64,000 nucleotides of DNA from Phoronis australis (Eukaryota; Animalia; Phoronida), in NCBI GenBank assembly GCA_002633005.1, contig NMRA01000003.1, forward strand, positions 2,740,686 through 2,804,685, in the 5' to 3' direction. The position numbers and the translations under genes are program-made. The first letter of the stretch is position 1. Every line of letters starts with the position of its first letter. The notes beneath the pieces are model-generated. The model was not told the origin of the DNA, searched no databases, and saw only the letters and a list, made by a program, of their open reading frames with translations. Below are positions 53,201-64,000 of this stretch, in pieces.

Positions 53201-56200
53201 TACTTTCACTAAGGAAGGATGATTTGAGAACAATTTCATACCGGTAAGTGGTCTGAAACAAGTTTTTATTCACCCACATATTTTTATGTGAATTTCGGAG
53301 GACGTGTTCCTTGGAGTTGACAACTTTTTATAACACGTTTCAGACACATTCGACCACTACTGTGCCCCCCCTAGAAGCAGTTTTAGCGTTTTACGTTTTC
53401 CTGTGTATTTTCGGAGTTCATCGATGAGTTTTCGTGAAATTTGGCAGATAGTTTTCTATTAAGGAAATGGTGAGTCTTCCATTTTATGCGTCCACATAAT
53501 TATTTGTATGTGGATGTATATTCCTGCCATCTTTGTCTGGGCGTCCGTGCGTTCCGGCGTCCGGCGTCCACGGATGTCTCCTAAACCCCTTGCAAGATCT
53601 TGTTGACGGCGGGTGATCATGAATTTCGGACTGACCAGAATACCGCTGTGCCCGTTGTGGCAATTTTTTTAACGTTTGCTTCTGTATCTTCGGAGTTCCT
53701 TGATGGATTTTCATGAAATTCTTTGAATAGGTTTTTAATAGAGAGGCGATGATACCATTCCATTTTACGGCGGATTCGACGAATTTTACGCCACCTTGTG
53801 GACATTTTTGTCATTTTTACGTCCGTTTTCTGCCGTCCGCTTTTCTATCTACCATACTACTCAAAGGATCATTATGAAAATTTACAATTGTGTTGCTGAT
53901 GAGAAGGCCACCAATGACGTTCTTGACTTTTGGACTGGTTTATTGTGTCGACCTCCTAGTGACGATTTTGTTTTTTGCGTCTGTGGCCGAATCTTCGTGA
54001 CCCTTTGAAGGAGCTTTGTGAAATTTGAAAGATGTATTTTTATGGGGCCGTCAACAAAGGGTAACGAGTATCGAACTGATCCAGATACCACTGTGCCCTC
54101 TAATGGCAACATGTTTTTTTACGTTTGCCTCGGAATCTTCAGATTTCATCGATACTTTCATAAAATTCGACAAACGGGTTTCTATAAGGAGGCGACGACG
54201 CCTTCCCATTTTCGGACAGATTTGATGTTTTCTGCGTCACCTGGTGTCCATTTTTTGTTATTTTTGTGTCGTTTTCTGGCGTCCACTTCCGTATCTGTCA
54301 TACTGCTTAAAGGATCATTAGGAAAATTTACAGATGTTTTGTTGATGAAAAGGCCATGGCTGAAGTTGTCTTTCAGACTGGTCCGACTAATGTGTCTCCC
54401 CTAGTGGAGATTTTGTTGTTTTTATGCTCCCACATATTTATATGTGGTCGCATATTGCCGTCATCTCTGTCTGGGCGTCCTGGCGTCTGGTGTCCGGCGT
54501 CCGCAGCTGTATCTTCCGCTAAATCCCTTATATGATCTTGATGATATTTGGCAGACGTGTTTCTATGAAGCTGACGACGGATGAAGACAAATTTTGGACT
54601 TCTCCAACTACAGGTGTGCCTCCTAGTGGTAATTTTATTTTTTTGCGCTTACCTATTTATCTTCGGAAGCCTCAACGGATTTTCATGAAATTTGGCAGTT
54701 ATGCAAATATTAGTGAGATGACGCTATTCTCCGGTTTGGGATGGATTCAAGGTGTTTTGTACCACCTAGTGGCCATTTTTACTGTTTAATTCAAGTCTGC
54801 TTTTTGGCGTCCGCCCTTCTATCAATCAAACTGCTCTAGGGATGATTTTGAAAATTGGCATATATGTTCTTACTGTGAAGACAGTGGCTGACGATGTATG
54901 TCCGACGACTTCGACTACTGTGGCGCCTCCTAGCGGCAGTTTTGTTTTTTGCGTCCATGGCTATATCTCTTAAAGGAGAATGCCATCCGATTTAGCATTT
55001 TTTACCGTCTTAATCGGTCTATATCCTCATCGCCTCATATACGGTCGACCTAACCTTGCCAACAGGTGTCGCGTTAAGCTGTGAGCAAGGTGAGAAACGA
55101 CGAAGCGACGTCAGTGGTTCATCTGCAGAGTGAATGCCGCTATACTGCGGTGCATCGTTTCCGCTTGTTCGAACTATGAAGCTGCGAAGATTGCGGGTAT
55201 ATCGTTTTTTCGACTTCCTCGAGAGCCCGAAATGCTTAGGAAGTGGCTCGCGGTGGTGAAGAATGAAAAGTAAACTGTTAATAGCAAGTACAAGGCCGTG
55301 AATTATGTCCGAGTCTTTGGCCGACATTTCGTCGACAGTGATTTCTCTGACGAATTCCGGCTTACAAAGAACTATTCATACATTTCGTTGCCTGTGCATG
55401 CTCACGGCGCCTCTCTAGTATTTCTTGATGAGTGTATTCCGGTTCGAACTGATATCCTGTGAAACCTAACGATTCAACCTGTGATGTCTTCGTCGGATGA
55501 GCTCTCGACTAAGTCGGGATTTGCTCCGGGCGAGTTGCCATGTAGACGTTTTCTGCGTTCTGTTACAAAATGAATTATTCTCACCCTAACCAATGCTTAC
55601 ATAAAACTGAAACAAAATCTGTCTCACCAGATTAGATACAATTTGTAATGCCTTTGGAGTATTTGTGAGTGCAAATGTTTTGAGAAACCAGCAATGAATA
55701 AACCACTGCGTTACCGGTTTTAGATGCAGTAAAGGTAATTGACCGGGCACCGAGGCCGTGTGAGCGCATGCTGATTCAGTTTTTGCTGACAGAAAGCTGT
55801 TGTGAAACAATAACTCGATTTTATATGCTATGGTCACATGTTAGGGGAATTTTTATTTAGATATACAAATACGTTATTTAAATCATTGTTACTGCACAAC
55901 TTTTGCCCTGACGGTTCTTTGGAAGGGGAACCTGACTTCGCAGCCCCAGACAAGTAAGTAGATTTTCAGTTTCGTGGCTAATTCACCTGAATTATTACAT
56001 GGACATTATTTTTTTGGCTCACTAGTATAGTCTTTTCGTTATTGGAAGTTTAGTTTTCAACTTAAGCTAGCTTTTTTATGTTCGTGATGTCCTGTCCCGG
56101 CGGCCGCGACGGGCCTGATCGGGCTCTGAGCCACTGGCGGGGAGTAACGAGCGTTTCGTGTGTCCAGAACTGAAAAAATCGCAAGTCTAAAAGTACAACA

Positions 56201-59200
56201 CACAGCTATGTTCACCCGTCTGTATTTCACGAAAGAATGATTCGAATTTAACACCAAACAGACCCAATTTTACTAATTTCGAGTCTGTTTTTAGGTATCT
56301 GCCCCTCTGTCAACGAAACCCCTCTAAGTACGATTGTTCAAATTGGCATGTTCAGATGTTCCTAATGTGAAAAATAGGGTTGACGATTTTCCGACGACTC
56401 GACTATTGTGGCGCCTCCTAGTGGCAGTTTTGTTTCTATTTGGCGCCCATAGCTGTATCTCCTAAACACTCTGCAGGATGTTTAATTAAATTTAGCAATC
56501 GTCAGTATTCATACGAAGTTAACAGCGGACGATGACGACTTGCAGACGTATCTGACGAACGCTGTGCCTCTTAGTGTCAATTTCATTTTTTCCGTTTTCC
56601 TCTGTTTCTTTGAAGTTCCTTTTATTAGGGATATTTATGAAATTCAATAAATAGCTTTCTATTAAAAAACGATGGCATGTTCCCGCTTTCGGATGTATTC
56701 GACGTATTTTGCGCCATCTAGTGGCCATTTTTATGATACAAATAAACACCCCTAGAGGCGTTCGTGGGCGCATTTCAAGGCTCTGCGTTGCTCTTGTTTT
56801 TTTCGTCAGCGGCCTTGAAATTTGAAACATGTATTCCTGTGGAGCCGTCGACAAACAGTTACGTGTTTGGAACTGATCCAATTACCACTGTGCCCACTAG
56901 GGACAAAATGTTTTTTTACGTTTGCTTCTGTATCTTCGGATTTCAGAAATGTATTTTCATGAAATTCGGCAAATAGGTTTCTATTCAGGAGACGACAACG
57001 TCTTCCCAGTCAAACATGTTTTCTCTGCTTCCCAGTGGCTATTTTTTATTTTTGCATCCGTTTTCTGGCGTCTACCACGCTACCTGCCATACCGTTTAAT
57101 TGTCATTATGAGAATTTACAGATGTGCTTCTCATCAAATTCGACAAATCGGTTTCTATTTAGGAGACAACACCACCGTCCCATTTGCGGACAGTTCGATA
57201 TTTTCTGCGCACCTGGTGGCCATTTAATTTTTTTTGCGTATTAAGTTTTGACGTCTGACTCTCTATTGACCAATAGTCCAGTCATTCTAGGGCTCCAGAG
57301 GGCCCAACCTAGAAAAAATTGCAACAGAAGGTTTTTTTGCATAAATGNTACTCTGGGGCATGCCATGCCCAGCCAGTGTCTTCCGATTCTGAACCTTGGA
57401 TTACAGTGGAATGCCCTCACGAGAGCTCACTTCTGGTTTGCGACCTACTGCCATTGGTATATTCAAACACGTCTGAATCAGAGTATAGGTCTTCAGAATT
57501 CACAGTGGCAGAGAATAGTTCGTCAGAAGAATCAGTGGCCAATGATATTCTTCATGATGATTTGAGAGCTGGTCTGAAGCGGTATGATGATCTTATTACT
57601 GGCATGACGTCTGTTTCCGAAGACGTATGCTCGTCGGAGTGTCTTGTGGGTATTCATAAAAAATCAAAGCACATAAATCAGACTTGTCCATGCAAAGTCC
57701 AATCATTAGTCTTTGACTACAGTATATGAAGATGATTGACATCCTTCGAATTTTTTAAAAGCAGAAATAACATCAGATTGGGAGCTTCACCTATAAACAG
57801 TTTCTGAAATGCTGCCTTACTTTGCAGCTGCTGGTCACAACTCTTATGCAAAATCTTCATACATATACTTGACAGAAGGAGACGTAGCAACTCAGACACC
57901 CGTCCAGACGTCTATGTCCAACAAACCATAAGACAAATTGACAGATTCTGGGCAGGTTTTTTATAATGAGATATGATCTTGTAATTGAACAAACGATGAA
58001 AAGTATTAAAACAACAGGAGGTTTAACTAGAGGTTGCGAAATGGGATATACACAGAGTGGCTGCTTTCCTTGCCGGCATGCTCAAGTATAAATGGTGCCA
58101 TGCAGACTGTGACAAACTTGAGTTGTGAAACAAGTCAGCAGCATAAAGAATGTACCCAGGCAAGACAGTCGCGTGACGACAAAGACATCCGCAGCATTGT
58201 TGAATTCCTCCACAACAGTACCGTAACCCATTTTAAAGAGAAACATTACAGAACATCGCCACTGGTGTGACTGCAGGCAAATGCGTCAGTGCCGAAAATG
58301 CCAGAGAAGTGGGGAAGGCGGTTCACTTGTCTATGAAGGGGTCAAGTGTGAAAGACTTCACATTCAGAAAGAAAGACAAGGTTGTGGCAATGACAAGTCA
58401 ATCAGTTCATGCTGCTAATAGTAGTTTTACACAAGTGGATCCACGACTGCTATTTCAGCGAATCCTGACAGCTGCAAAAGACAACAGTGAAAGTTCATCA
58501 AGCCTTTTGAAGTTTGAGCTGTGTGTTGGTTCCCCTGTCCTTTTTGATACATCTGGTCTTCCCAGAGTCGCTAATAAATCAAATTAGTTGATGCACTCTG
58601 GTCCAGTGGAGGACTACCTGAGGATTTCAATTTCCAGCAAACACGGTGATGCATGTAATCGACGGCGGTTCTTTCCTTCACCGTATTCCATGGCCTAGAG
58701 GTGCAATGTATCAGTCATTTGGTAGAGCTTATGTGGATTACATCAGCAAGTGCACCCACCCTATTGTTGTTTTTGATGGTTACTGAGATGGACCATCAAC
58801 TAAAGATGTCTCTCATGTTCGAAGACTGTGTGGGGTGGTTGGAACTTCAATGGTGACATGGTGATCAAGTAAAAAAGGAACATTTTTGGCAAAAAACAAA
58901 AACAAACGATTCACTCACTTCTTGTCAAGTTTGCTAAGACATGCTGATTGCACAGTGGTACAAGCTCAAGGTGACGCAGATGTTTTAATTGTAGAAACAG
59001 CAGTAGAGAACGCAGCGCAAGGTCCAACTACCCTTATTGCAGACGATAAAGACTTGTTGGTTCTTTAGCGTTACCATGCTACTTCACAACAAATTTCATG
59101 TTCATGAAATTTGACAAGAGACACCAAAGCAAGAGGAGAGTCTGGGACATCAAGGAACTACAGTTGTCTCTTGGTGCCAAAACTTGCGCAGTTTTGCCAT

Positions 59201-62200
59201 TTGCGCGTGCAATAGGTGGTTGCAACACAACATTACAGCTGTTCGGTATTAGCAAAGGCTCTCCCATTCAAGAAACTGCGTGATCGAAAATTCTGCAAAA
59301 CTCTAGTAAGAGTATTCAGTAGACACATGCAGCTGAAGCAAGACATATTTGAAGCTGGTAAGAGTTGTATCTGTGCTTCATGGCGGTACTGGCTCTGGAA
59401 ATTTGGATGACTTGCAATACAGGCAATTTGTGGATGAGGTGTCGGACTTGCCACAGTCCAAATACAGTCATTATCACGAACTTTCTTTAGTAGCTAAATT
59501 CCATGCTGCCGGGACATATTATCAAGAGCAAGAGCAGTCAAGTTTCCGTGGCAGTGGCCTAGACTCGCTGTATTGGGGATGGATGCTGGCAGGTGGAAAA
59601 TTCATTCCCACGACGACGGACCATTCAGCAGCACCAGAGAACCTGCTGAAAGTAGTGAGATGCTCGTGTAAGACCAACTGCAGTTCCAAGAGATGTACAT
59701 GCAAGAGGTTAGGATAGTCGTACTCGGTTGCATGTGGAGAATGCCGTGGTTTTAGCTGCAGCAATTCATTCTGAGTTGACAGAGATTAGTTGTGTAAATA
59801 CTGGTTGATTGTGCATAGATTCACTAGCATTTAGAACTAACTGAAGTGACACAGACAGTGTGGATAGTAGATCACTGAATTAATACAGCACATTTTTTCA
59901 GTAGTACAATGATCCTTCAGTTCAGGCAAACCTGATGTTTTTGACCCAAATACGTTATTCGTTAAACCATCTTGAAAATGGTAGTCGTAATCATCAAGAG
60001 CCAGACAAAAAATATTGTAATGGATGTGCTGACTTATAAAACTCAGGATATGGCGTGTCTCTGGAATCTGAAGTTCTTACACGAAGCAACTATTTGGTGG
60101 CCATCTTAGAAAATAGTGGAAGTAATCATTAGAGCCAAACGCAATGAGTCTATATGGATTAGTCGACCCAGAAAACCTTTGATACTTGAAGCAAGACGAC
60201 ACACTAATCTGTTTGTGCGAAGTTGTGCGATTCGAAATAGTTTTGAAGGCCATCTTGGAAAATGGCTGATGGTGTCACCACGGCCATGCAAAACTTTTCC
60301 AATGTATTTGTTGACCCACAAAAGATAGGAAAACATTTTTGAATTTTTACTCTATCACATTCCACTCTCGAGTTATAATGATCCTCTGCAAATCTGGCGG
60401 CCATTTTGTCGGCCATCTTGGAAATGGTGGAAGTAATCATATGTGCCAAATGCAATGAGTCTCAATGGATTAGTCGACCCAGAAAACCTATGATGCGATG
60501 TTTGAAGCAAGACGACACACTAATCTGTTCGTGTGAAGTTTTGCGACTCAAGTAGATTTGGCGGCCATCTTGGAAAATGGCGGACGGTGTCACCACAGCC
60601 ATGTAAAACCATTTCCAATGGATTTTTTGACCCACAAAACATAGGTAAATCTTTTTGAATTTTTACTCTAGCACATTCCACTCTTGAGTTGTAGTGCGCA
60701 TCAGAAAATCTGGCGGCCATTTTGTCCGCCATATTGAAAAACCAACTTCCGCCACTCCGATTCCGGTAGACTTTTTTTTTCGCACTAAGGGGTATGAAAG
60801 GATATGATTTATGCAATAAAACCGTCTGTTGCAATTTTTTCCGGGTTATCCGTAGAATGACTGGACTACAAACCATTCAAAGGACTATTATGAAAATTGA
60901 GGTTATTGTTCCTGATCTTTACTAAATTTAGCAAGTGTATTTATATGATGTTTTCAATGGACGACGACGGCTTTCGGACGGATCTGATTAGCGGTGTGCC
61001 CCCTAGTGGCAATTTTAGTTTTTTACGTTTACCTCTGTCTCTTCAAAGGTCCTCAACGGATTTTCATAAAATTTGAAGTATAAACATCTATTGGTGAGAT
61101 GACGCGATGCTCCCGTTTTCGGGTGGAATTGACGTATTTTGTGCCACTTAGAAACCATTTTTGATGTTTTTTGGTCTGTTTTTGGCGTCCACCCCTCTAT
61201 CAACCAAACTATTTTTAGGATGATTTTGAAAATTGGCGTACATGTTCTCAGTGTGAAGAGAACCTTTGACGATGACGGTAGTTTAGTTTTGTTTTGCGCC
61301 CATAGGTGTATCTCCTAAGCCCACTGTATCTTTATTAAATTTAGTAAGTGTATTTATATGAAGCTAACAACAGACAACAACGACTTTCAGGCGGATTCAA
61401 TGAACGCTGTGCCCCTTGTGGTAATTTATTTTTTTCCATTTTTCTTTGTTTCTCTAGAGTTCCTTGGCGGGTTTTTATGAGATGTGGTAAATAGCTTTCT
61501 ATTAAAGAAGCAAAAGCTTGTTCCATTTTTCGAATGGATTCGACGTTTTTGCGCCATCAAGTGGACACTATTATGATACAAATAAACAACCCTAGAAGCA
61601 CACCCTCTGCGGTGTATTCGAGGGCTCATTTCAGCGTTCCACTTTGCTCTTATGATACTGAAAACACCCATTGAAGCACACCATTTGCGTGCTATGGGGG
61701 CACATTTCCACTCTCCGTGTTGCTCTTGTCGTATGGATATGGTGTATTTTTGCATCACATAGTCATTATTTTTTATTTCTCGTGTGCCGTTTTGTTCATG
61801 ATAAGAAGACGGATTTTCCAACTGTGACGCTTCCTGGTTACAATTTTTGTCTTTTTTTGCTTCCTTGGCTGTATCTCCTTACTCTTTTGAAGGATGTTTG
61901 TGAAATTTTTCAAAAATTAGTTTTATATTATAGACGTGACTACGACTACCTAAGACTTTTGGATGGTTCTAACTACCTCCTTGTGGCATTTTAGTTTTTA
62001 CGTTTTTGCATCTGTATTTTTAGAGTCCTTTGACAGTTTTTATTGAAATGTGGTAAAAAAGTTTCTGTTCTAATGGTGACAGCATTTATCTGTTTTGGGA
62101 TAGATTTGACGTATTCTGCGCCACCCAGTGTCTATTTTTGATACTTACAAAACCCTTGGAAGCGCAGTGTCTGCTTTGCTGTCGTGGGCTCCTTTCAACG

Positions 62201-62513
62201 CTCTGTATTGCCCTTGTTTTTATGACGGAAGCTGGGTTTAGAATCGCTTTAAACAGCCTGGCTTGTTTTGATTTGTACTGTCGAATGTCTCGCTTTGTAA
62301 ATTTGACAAATTTTTCACCAAGTGGATGAACCTGTCGGCCTGGAGGACCTACCACAAAAAGCGTTCTCGGCTTCTAGTACCTATAAATTACGCGCACCTG
62401 AACTGGTGACATTGAACAGCGGACTTAGCTGGCGCAGCGGCTCGTTAAGTGCAGGGGAATATCTTCAAGTCGACTTACAGGAAAAATGGGTGGTCACTAT
62501 GTTGAGTACTAAG
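47212..62513 (+). CDS. mosaic extracellular protein: Cys-rich + PAN/Apple + C-type lectin-like + F5/8 type C (both ends unresolved)
   Basis: Exons 47212-47473 (Cys-rich), 48257-48520 (CIKKCLKLDTCFSVDFDKQTSTC, PAN), 50440-50617 (CPTGW...SCYY...EEAKDFC...INDQDERNFV), 51986-52170 (FWTG...YTW...C...DCKSKRHVICEK), possibly 53038-53181, and 62323-62513 (PVGLE...FSASS...W...EYLQVDL, discoidin). Phases are compatible. Confidence 0.78.
48593..48882. mobile_element. MITE related to 41558-41861
   Basis: cagtggcggatctagg ... ccctaaatctgcc imperfect TIRs and a GC-rich interior. Confidence 0.6.
54974..56260 (+). mobile_element. decayed THAP-domain DNA transposon, Kolobok-like (3' end unclear)
   Basis: TTAA|AGGAGAATGCCA terminus. 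The frame from 55151 reads CIVSACSN...SFFRLP...RKWL...*...VRVFGRHF (THAP pattern with a stop). It interrupts a HINE unit. Confidence 0.65.
57726..59770 (+). pseudogene. Academ transposase/XPG-nuclease/Cys-cluster pseudogene
   Basis: Frameshifted and stopped frames give DWELHL, MLPYFAAAGHNSYAKS, DLVIEQTMKSIKTTGGLTRG, VDPRLLFQR, VIDGGSFLHRIPW, IVVFDGY, QGDADVLIV, ADDKDLLVL, AIGGCNTT, and CSCKTNCSSKRCTC...CGECRGFSCSN. Confidence 0.85.
60099..60735. repeat. ~311-bp tandem duplication (about 155-bp subunits) in the Academ 3' subterminal region
   Basis: ggccatctt...gtggaagtaatcat...ggattagtcgacccagaaaacc occurs at about 60100 and 60411. Confidence 0.85.
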
Positions 62514-63245
62514 GTAAGAACTTTTAAAATTTTTAAAGACGTTTCCGAGTCTGCAAATTAACGAACAGTTCGACACTGGAAACAAGCACTTTACGAACTG
62601 TGAAAACAGGTAACTCAACTGTCCTGGACTGAAATGGTTTGCAAAGTCTCTAGAAAGTTCGAACAGCTTTGAAAAGAGGCAAAACGCATGAGTAAATAGA
62701 TTGTTTTTGTGCAATAAGGAACTCTCATTACTCTGCAGGTGTTGATCTAGGGTTTTATCATATATTTCCGACCATATAGAGCTTGACAATTACTTCAAAC
62801 GACCATTCGGTTGTTCAATATGATGCTATTTTGACGTTTTGGACCCAGACAAATAAAATTAAAATACTAAATTAAAAATAAGAATAATAATTTGGCCAGA
62901 TTTACGTAACCCTGTAAATAACTAAGCAATTCGAAAACTATTGCCTGGTCATGGACCTGGTAAATCCTAAATCTCTCTGAGCTCCCCGGGTGCAAGTGAT
63001 GTCGGAGAATACTGATTAATCCAAGCACAAAATTTTTTAAAATGCAAAATTGTCCCCGTGATTAGAATCGCAAAATGTGCAAGGCATGAATTTTTTTTCA
63101 AAATGTGATTTGACTGTACATTTCTATTACTATTTGTGCTTCGTGTCATATTAGTGGTAGATACGTCATCACCATCAATAAACATTGCAATAAACCCGCC
63201 TTAGATCACATTTGTTTTTGGCCAACATATGAGTACAAGCTTTAA

Positions 63246-63980
63246 AGGAGAATGCCACCCGATTTAATTAGTCTTTTTGGCGTTTTAATCGGTCTATATC
63301 CACATCGCCTCGCATACGGTCGACCTTACCTTGCCAAGAGGTGTCGCGTTAGCCTGTGACGAAGGTGAGGAACGACGCTAGCGACGTCAGTGGTTCATAT
63401 GCAGAGTGAATGCCGCTACGTTGCGGTGCATCGTTCCCACTTGTCCGAACTAAGCAGCTGCGAGGAAAGAGGGTTTATCGTTTTCTTTTACTTCCTAAAG
63501 AGTCCAAAATGCTTAGAAAGTGGCCCATGGTAGTAAAGAATTGAATGTACGGTGTAAATAGCAAGTATGAGGCCGTGAAACATATCCGTGTCTGTGGCCT
63601 GCAGAATTCGACAGTGCCTGACGAATGCTGGCTTACCAAATAACTCCATACGTTCCGTTGTCTGAGCTTGTTCAAGGCGCCTCTCTAGTATTTCTTCATC
63701 ACTGTATTCCTTTTCGAATTGATTGCCTGTAAAACTTAACGATCCACCTGCGAAGTCGGGACTGATGAGCTCTAGCTCTTCCTAAGTCGGGATTGGGAGT
63801 TGCCGTGTTGGAGTTTATTACTTAGCGTTCTGTTTCAAAATGAATTATTCTAACCCTAACCAATATAAAACTGAAACAAAGTCTGTCTCATTAGATGCAA
63901 TTTGTAATGCCTTTGGAGTGTTCGTGAGTGCAAATGATTTGAGAAGCCAGCAATGAATAAATCACCGCGTTACCGGCTTT
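63246..63980 (+). mobile_element. second decayed THAP/Kolobok-like copy
   Basis: TTAA|AGGAGAATGCCA terminus. Colinear with 54974-55720. Encodes CIVPTCPN* ... RKW ... IRVCG. Ends at a poly-A run at the window edge. Confidence 0.68.
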
Positions 63981-64000
63981 AAAAAAAAAAAAAAAAAAAA

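Larger units (their letters stand above)
57274..60868 (+). mobile_element. AcademX DNA transposon remnant
   Basis: Perfect 16-bp TIR tagtccagtcattcta / tagaatgactggacta, plus a subterminal inverted repeat. 3-bp TSD caa (57271-57273 and 60869-60871). Removing the element restores the host repeat unit. Confidence 0.88.
53263..62222 (+). mobile_element. nested stack of HINE copies hosting other transposons
   Basis: 5' termini at about 53263, 53482 and 54421. 3' termini (gggcgcatttcaacgct...ctcttg variants) at about 56797, 61650, 61728 and 62218. Family repeat units lie between them. Confidence 0.75.

Noticed and set aside
53219-53221. Selenocysteine reading of the in-frame TGA
   Set aside because: No redox motif, no SECIS visible, and the downstream donor phase does not fit the next exon.
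63981-64000. Poly-A tail of a retrocopy
   Set aside because: It is truncated by the window edge and cannot be distinguished from a simple homopolymer or assembly artefact.

Overview
Intron-rich, AT-rich metazoan genomic DNA, probably a marine invertebrate (inference from gene structure and repeat types). Most entries in the ORF track are noise because the genes are spliced. Four genes were reconstructed by hand. (1) PGAP1, GPI inositol-deacylase, + strand, 24 phase-consistent exons, <1..33410, with its start just upstream of the window. (2) A 430-aa single-coding-exon ORF of unrecognised family, nested antisense in the 11-kb PGAP1 intron 17. (3) BLOC1S5/muted, - strand, tail-to-tail with PGAP1. 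(4) A + strand mosaic gene (Cys-rich, PAN/Apple, atypical C-type lectin, F5/8 type C) that runs off the window end. The introns carry several mobile elements: a non-autonomous Helentron/DINE-1-like family whose ~150-bp internal repeat units each contain a CTCF-consensus motif, a decayed AcademX transposon with intact TIRs and a 3-bp TSD, two decayed THAP-bearing Kolobok-like elements, an LTR with a tRNA-Ser primer site, and small MITEs. Single-n joins and one N gap show that the assembly is imperfect locally. All family assignments come from motif recognition; no database searches were run.
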